Part shown: positions 59,501 to 64,000 of the stretch, piece by piece
Layout: each line of letters opens with the position of its first letter
Numbering within the stretch: position 1 is the first letter of the stretch
Assembly (NCBI GenBank): GCA_040437565.1
Contig: JBDOQK010000028.1
Span: 124,001 to 188,000 of the forward strand
Length of the DNA stretch: 64,000 bases
Direction of reading: 5' to 3'
Source of the DNA: Albugo candida
Lineage: Eukaryota
Notes under the pieces: generated by a model
Database searches by the model: none
What the model saw: the letters and a program-made list of their open reading frames with translations, nothing else
Told to the model about the DNA's origin: nothing
Made by a program: the position numbers and the translations under genes

Positions 59501-60918
59501 TTCAATGAACCTCCGGTGCCGTCGAGCATTGTTGTAGATCCTGCAACAACATGCACATTTCCTCCTTCAACACTTTCACCCGATCCAACCCGTATGGCAA
59601 TTGATCCACTCTCTGCACTCGACTTTCCTGTTTTGAGTATGAGCGTTCCGGATGGTTTGCTAATCGTATCACCAGTTGCAATTTCCATATCACCGCTGGC
59701 ACGTGTGGATACACCTTCCTCTGTTCTAATTGTTACGCGGCCAGTAGTTGATGACTTGGAAGTTCCGGAAGTGAGATAAATTCCACCACCTTCATCCTGT
59801 TCCGACGCCCCAGCACTCATAAATATATTTCCTCCATGCCTATCCGTAGATGATCCAATCGATAATGTAATGTTTCCACTTTGATGTAAGGCATTACCAG
59901 TGTGAATCTGAATCGTACCAGACGTACCCTTTATGCTTTCACCAGTCCTTATAGCAATGACACCAGAACTTCCTTCTTGAATCGTACGAGCAGTAGCGAT
60001 CTGCAAATCCCCGCTAGAACGAGCATTTCCTTCGCCAGTCGTGATAGATATTTTACCCCCAGAACCATCGCCAATTCCGGCTTCCAGATTGATATTTCCA
60101 CCATCACCAGTACTCGAATTACCACCCCTCATCACGATACTTCCCCCTTTGATATTCCCACCAGGATCAATCTCGCTGTAAGCATTGCCTCCACTGATAG
60201 ACACCTGTCCACCGCGCCCTCTGTTTGGATTAAGCCCATCACCAGCTCTGATTATGATTTCTTTTCCTGGGGAGTTGATACCCTTCTCATTTCCAGCAAC
60301 AATAACAACAGGGCCACCCGACAAGACTTCAACAATCGACTGATTGAAGACAACCGAATAATTTCTCTCATCGACAGTTGATCCAAAAAGGCTTGCTTCT
60401 CCACCAGCACCGCTGTCCGCCTGATATAAGACGACATCTCCAATTAAAATAGATCTTGGTACTTTGTGCTTCGGACATGGTGATTCTGTGATAATTGCAT
60501 CACATTCAAATACCAAGTCATCTTCCATCGATACGCACGATGAACTTGACGCGCACCAAGCACAGCGCGTTGTGTTTGTGCATGACCCACAATCTTTTTG
60601 AGTCTGGCACTGAGGGCTGGATGGACAAGTGCTTCCATCTTTTATCCAGTTGGGGCACTGGACTGGACTAAACGATGGACCATCCTCCCCTCCTTCTAGG
60701 CACTGCATTGTAGAATGACAGTAGCCACAATGACGTTCCATTGTACAAGGAACACATTGCTCCATCGCATCCCAATAGTCTGCATCTGCAGGTGCTGAAT
60801 AAATGGAGCAATTGGGATGATGGATGGAGTGAACCAGGCTGCTTCTGGTTGTATTCAATGATGTAACATCGAAAAGATCAGATAGCAGCCACATCCAGAA
60901 TAACTTTGATGAAGTCAT
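35577..60918 (-). CDS. Giant (~7,812 aa) Gly/Ser-repeat fibre-like protein: PSI-like domains, beta-repeat arms, two peptidase-S74/ICA autocleavage domains, phage-fibre-like C-terminus
   Basis: ORFs 60918-56632, 56996-55578, 55672-54929, 54953-51063, 51066-38293 and 38507-35577 join by two GT-AG introns (55585-55534, 52 nt; 54954-54899, 56 nt) and four gap-flanking overlaps (offsets 871, 323, 318, 283). 25342-108-1795 = 23439 nt = 7813 codons, and every junction is in frame. Confidence 0.85.
38215..38679. repeat. ~182-bp duplication across gap 38397-38496 with a synonymous mismatch
   Basis: 38215-38396 vs 38498-38679 (offset 283). They differ at 38364 t / 38647 a, and the flanking base also differs (38214 g / 38497 t). 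Confidence 0.85.
45080..45390 (-). other. Peptidase S74 / intramolecular chaperone auto-processing (ICA) domain 2 of the giant protein
   Basis: SP-SDRRVKHMIDDVDEEEILQRLQKLEIKQYRY...RGVIAQQAAQVFPEYV...LDKQKIILDLVAAL. Catalytic Ser codon at 45390-45388. Confidence 0.88.
48908..49443. repeat. 218-bp duplication across gap 49126-49225
   Basis: 48908-49125 = 49226-49443. Confidence 0.9.
49860..50166 (-). other. Peptidase S74 / ICA domain 1 of the giant protein
   Basis: YP-SDRRIKVDIQDVDEDEILQRLQTLEIKNYRY...RGVIAQQVGDTFPEYV...VNKQQISIDLVAAL. Catalytic Ser codon at 50166-50164. Confidence 0.88.
50869..51414. repeat. 223-bp duplication across gap 51092-51191
   Basis: 50869-51091 = 51192-51414. Confidence 0.9.
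55923..57564. repeat. 771-bp duplication across gap 56694-56793
   Basis: 55923-56693 = 56794-57564. Confidence 0.9.
60470..60760 (-). other. Two tandem PSI (plexin-semaphorin-integrin)-like Cys-rich domains at the giant protein N-terminus
   Basis: CVPCTMERHCGYCHSTMQCLEG...CPNW...TCP and CQTQKDCGSCTNTTRCAWCASSSSCV...C...CP fit the C-xx-C-x4/5-C-x-W/Y-C-x5-C PSI pattern. Confidence 0.7.
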
Positions 60919-61735
60919 ACTGTACGATATGACTCCTGATCAATGTTCTGGATGTATTTTCAGTCGGGCAACAACTCACTCAGAATTTGCTGAGTAGATG
61001 CTTTTATGAATACCTCACGCAATTTTCGCGCGTATAGAGGCTTTCAAGTCTGATTTGGTTGAATCTTCGGATCCAAATCTTCCGAAGCGTCACTCTATCA
61101 AATAAATTTCCTAACCTGAGAAGATATCTATTTCGGGGTGACGCTGTGGAAGATTTGAAATCCTTGGACGCAAAGACTTATATTACAATGCAGCTCTAGG
61201 GTCGTTTCGAAATTTGAAAACTTTGAAGCCGACCCGAAAGCGGGCTCGGGTCACGAACACTTGTCGACGTGACGTTGAAGAACGCGCTTCTATGCACTAT
61301 CTTCCTTCAATTGCGCGGAAAGTTTACATTTCTTTAAGGCTAAATGTAACGTTTGCGGCAATGTGGGGAAGAATAATGCTTTTTGATTGTCAAATTTAAT
61401 AAGGTTGCGTTTTGGATTCGTCACGGTAATGACCTAATTTTGAATATCTAAAAAAATTATCTTCCATATACTGTGTCGCTTAGATAAAAATAAATAAATT
61501 ACGTCAGACCATTCAGTCACATCACGTGACAAAGCTGACTACAATCATGACATTTCAAGCGTATATAATTCGAGGGATGTTGCACACTCGTTGATTAATC
61601 ACTGAAATTTGGTGACAGCCGTGTAACAATTCAAACCTTCAAATGCATATATTCAGGACTATAAAAGACTACCATTCATGCACAGCGTCGCTGATCAAAA
61701 GCTTTGCTCAGCTGGTAATTTCACAATATATTGCT

Positions 61736-62873
61736 CTACACCTTCTTTCTGATGCTGAGGAAGTACCGGTCCACGTAGAATTTGAAAAATAGTGCAAAAT
61801 AGCTCGAGTACATCAAAATAGCCCACTTGAGATTTTCTGAATCGACGTGGCACTCGATACCTTTCAACGTATAGTAAACGTTGAGACCGCAGACTGTGAC
61901 ACCAACGACCATCTACATCGGGTCGATCAGCCAATATATCTGAGCATGAAGAAGTTATTGCGTACCTGGCAAAGCTGGAATGTTGTCACAAATCGGGCCC
62001 ATCGAGGCCGCATACCAATCGCAACCAAAAAATAATAAAAGTACATGACAGCATGAACAGAGTAATTCATCGCGGCGAACGAGATACCACTGAATCGGAG
62101 AGAACATTATTTATCTGACATGGTCGCTTTTCATGTCAGCTCGATCAAACCTTGCAGATGTGGAGGCAAACGCGTGCCAACAAAACAGTAGAACCGTCAC
62201 ATGATGGTACCAATGTAAGAATATAAGGGGTTTTTTTCGGAGCACTATGAATAAGGTATCGAATAATTCAGGGATCTAATCAGATATTCCATGGCAACGG
62301 ATACGTTACTGTGGTGCATAACCAATCACAAGCAAAGATAGCTGTGCGTTACTTTGGAGAAGATAAACAAGGTGATCCAGAGCCCCACGTGCCCTTTGTC
62401 GTAAAGCTTGACTGGATCGGCGCAAACACCGACATAAGCGCCACGATTGTACAGTAAATTGAGCAGTGGCGGCACGGTTCGGATGCTCCCAATGCCACTG
62501 AATATGGCTAGTAGTAGATTCCATGAGGCCAATGCACTGCACAAGAAGCTGAATACACCCCGAGACAACTCATTTTGAAAGATTCACTATACAAACGCAA
62601 GTTGTATGGTTTTCGCCCTTCCATATAGCGACGCCCAGCAAATATTGCAAAGCAATAGAGTAGACTCAATGCAAGCACGTGCGCTATAGTTCCTTTGCAG
62701 AATTCTATAGCAGGGGCTGAAACCTGTGGTATTCACATAAGACATGAGGCAAATCACACAGCAATAGTTGCAAAGTTGTTGCAATCACACAATCCTACCC
62801 AATTTCGTTCAAAAGTAAGAACCGGTAAATGCGGAAGGGGTCCATTCGTGGATTCAAGTAAGCGCATATCCAT
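61736..62873 (-). CDS. Fatty acid elongase (ELO/GNS1/SUR4 family, ELOVL6-like), multi-exon
   Basis: Read by hand: [82 protein letters not shown]...RKKV-TAG at 61736. Start ATG at 62873 is inferred. Confidence 0.9.
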
Positions 62874-63056
62874 TAATGCGGTATTTGTTTGCCAGCCAGT
62901 ACAAAACTTTTCTATATTTTCAAGGATGAAGGCCCTGAGCTTGTGTTCTCCTTCTAATTGTTATCCCCATTAATAGCCTATACTGAAACGACATGACAGA
63001 GCCGACTTCTTCGGTAAACGATCATTCACGGTTGCAAAAACGTATCGGTCGAAGCT

Positions 63057-64000
63057 ATGAATGAAATCCAGGCCCATAACATGGTTTGTAGCCAACTTGA
63101 TCCATTCTACTTGTCATTATTACGATATCGGCAGCGAAGATTCAAAGAATCCGCTACAATGTGCAGTATGATCTTAGCTCAGAATCCTCACGACCAGGTA
63201 CCAGCTACGCTCACGTACATCATTCACACAATCGTAATCCGTTTGTAACGACAATAGGCTGTGTGGATCACCAAAGTTCGAGCACTGACTCAAGGAAGTT
63301 ATGTTGATGACACTGAATTGGAGGTGGAAGGAGCATCCGATTTACTGATGGATGACAACGTACTTGCTTCCGTACCAAGACCAGGAACATCACTTGGTCG
63401 TCCGTCTACACAATCAAAATCGCAGGCTGTGAATTCCTGCTTACGTCCGACTTCTTTGGCAGGGAGGCCCCTTACTGGATTTACACGGCCTGGTACAAAT
63501 TTCAGACCTAATACAAAAGGAATTACTATCGACGAAGCACTTCAAGGCACGCGGCCTGGTACTTCTCGCCCTAATACTTCATTTGGTCGTCAAATCCGCC
63601 TCGGGACCGCTCCAATACAGACAGAGAATCAGAGTTCTTTTATTGATGTCGACATGCTTGATCTCAAACGTCATGCCTCGAAGCCAGTCATTGCTAAATT
63701 ACTGGTTGATTATCTCTTATATCATGAGCGTAATCCGAGAAGAGCATTGGAGCTAGCTTCAGAAGCCACCGTAGCTTCTAATTATAAAGATTGGTGGTGG
63801 AAAGCTCGACTGGGCAAATGTTATTATCACCTGGGGCTGTTGCGAGATGCAGAGAAGCAACTCTGTTCAGCCTTGCGTAATCAGGAAATGATGGTATGTT
63901 ATTTGGAGCTTTGCAAAGTATATATTCGAATGGATCAACCAAATAAAGCACTAGAATATTTTGAAACCGCCCGACAGAGATTCCCTCAAGATGTGAACAT
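63057..64000 (+). CDS. BBS8: BBSome subunit BBS8/TTC8 (TPR protein), runs off the window end
   Basis: LDPFYLSLLRYRQRRF...QNPHDQ|AVWITKVRALT..YVDDTE.E.EG..DLLMDDN..ASVPRPGTSL, GRPLTGFTRPGT, KDWWWKARLGKCYY.LG..RDAEKQ, YLELCKVYIRMDQP. Intron 63198-63257. Confidence 0.93.

Noticed and set aside
35668-60381. Dozens of Pro/Leu/Val-rich plus-strand ORFs (60-260 aa)
   Set aside because: They are antisense shadows of the Gly-rich giant CDS (GGN codons read as Pro) with no independent coding signal.
35577-60918. Prophage or bacterial contamination as the source of the tail-fibre-like gene
   Set aside because: It has canonical 52- and 56-nt spliceosomal introns like its neighbours and PSI-like domains, is flanked by eukaryotic genes, and no other viral genes are present.
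1-64000. tRNA, rRNA, CRISPR arrays, intact transposons
   Set aside because: No cloverleaf, rRNA-like sequence, repeat-spacer array, or transposase/RT/integrase motif was recognised by eye.

Overview
Compact, intron-containing eukaryotic DNA from an oomycete, Albugo-like by inference (short 50-60 nt GT-AG introns, tight gene spacing, BT1 transporter paralogues, BBS8). In order it holds: an ankyrin-RCC1 (IBTK-like) gene, a WD40 gene, a BT1 transporter, an ArfGAP-fold gene, a secreted low-complexity protein, a GT-B glycosyltransferase, a ~7 kb gene-poor stretch, SEL1L/Hrd3, a second BT1 transporter, an ERGIC/thioredoxin (PDI-C-type) gene, ALG8, a small membrane protein, Beclin-1/ATG6, a small secreted Cys-rich protein, a J-domain/Ubl protein, one giant 25-kb gene, a fatty-acid elongase and BBS8. 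Seven of the eight 100-N gaps are flanked by direct duplications (59 bp to 3.57 kb) that look like assembly overlaps. Collapsing four of them and removing two introns joins five ORF fragments (60918->35577) into one frame of about 7,812 aa. The product has a possible signal peptide, two PSI-like Cys domains and hundreds of Gly/Ser beta-strand repeats. It also has TWO internal peptidase-S74/ICA (phage tailspike chaperone / MYRF-type) self-cleavage domains with intact S-D-x-R-x-K motifs and a phage-fibre-like C-terminal tip. This candidate self-cleaving trimeric fibre polyprotein is the main finding. Secondary findings are a Beclin-1 with an inserted DysF-like domain, an ArfGAP lacking the catalytic Arg, and a DnaJ / UL92-like Zn motif / Ubl fusion. 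All family assignments come from motif recognition by eye; no database search was run.
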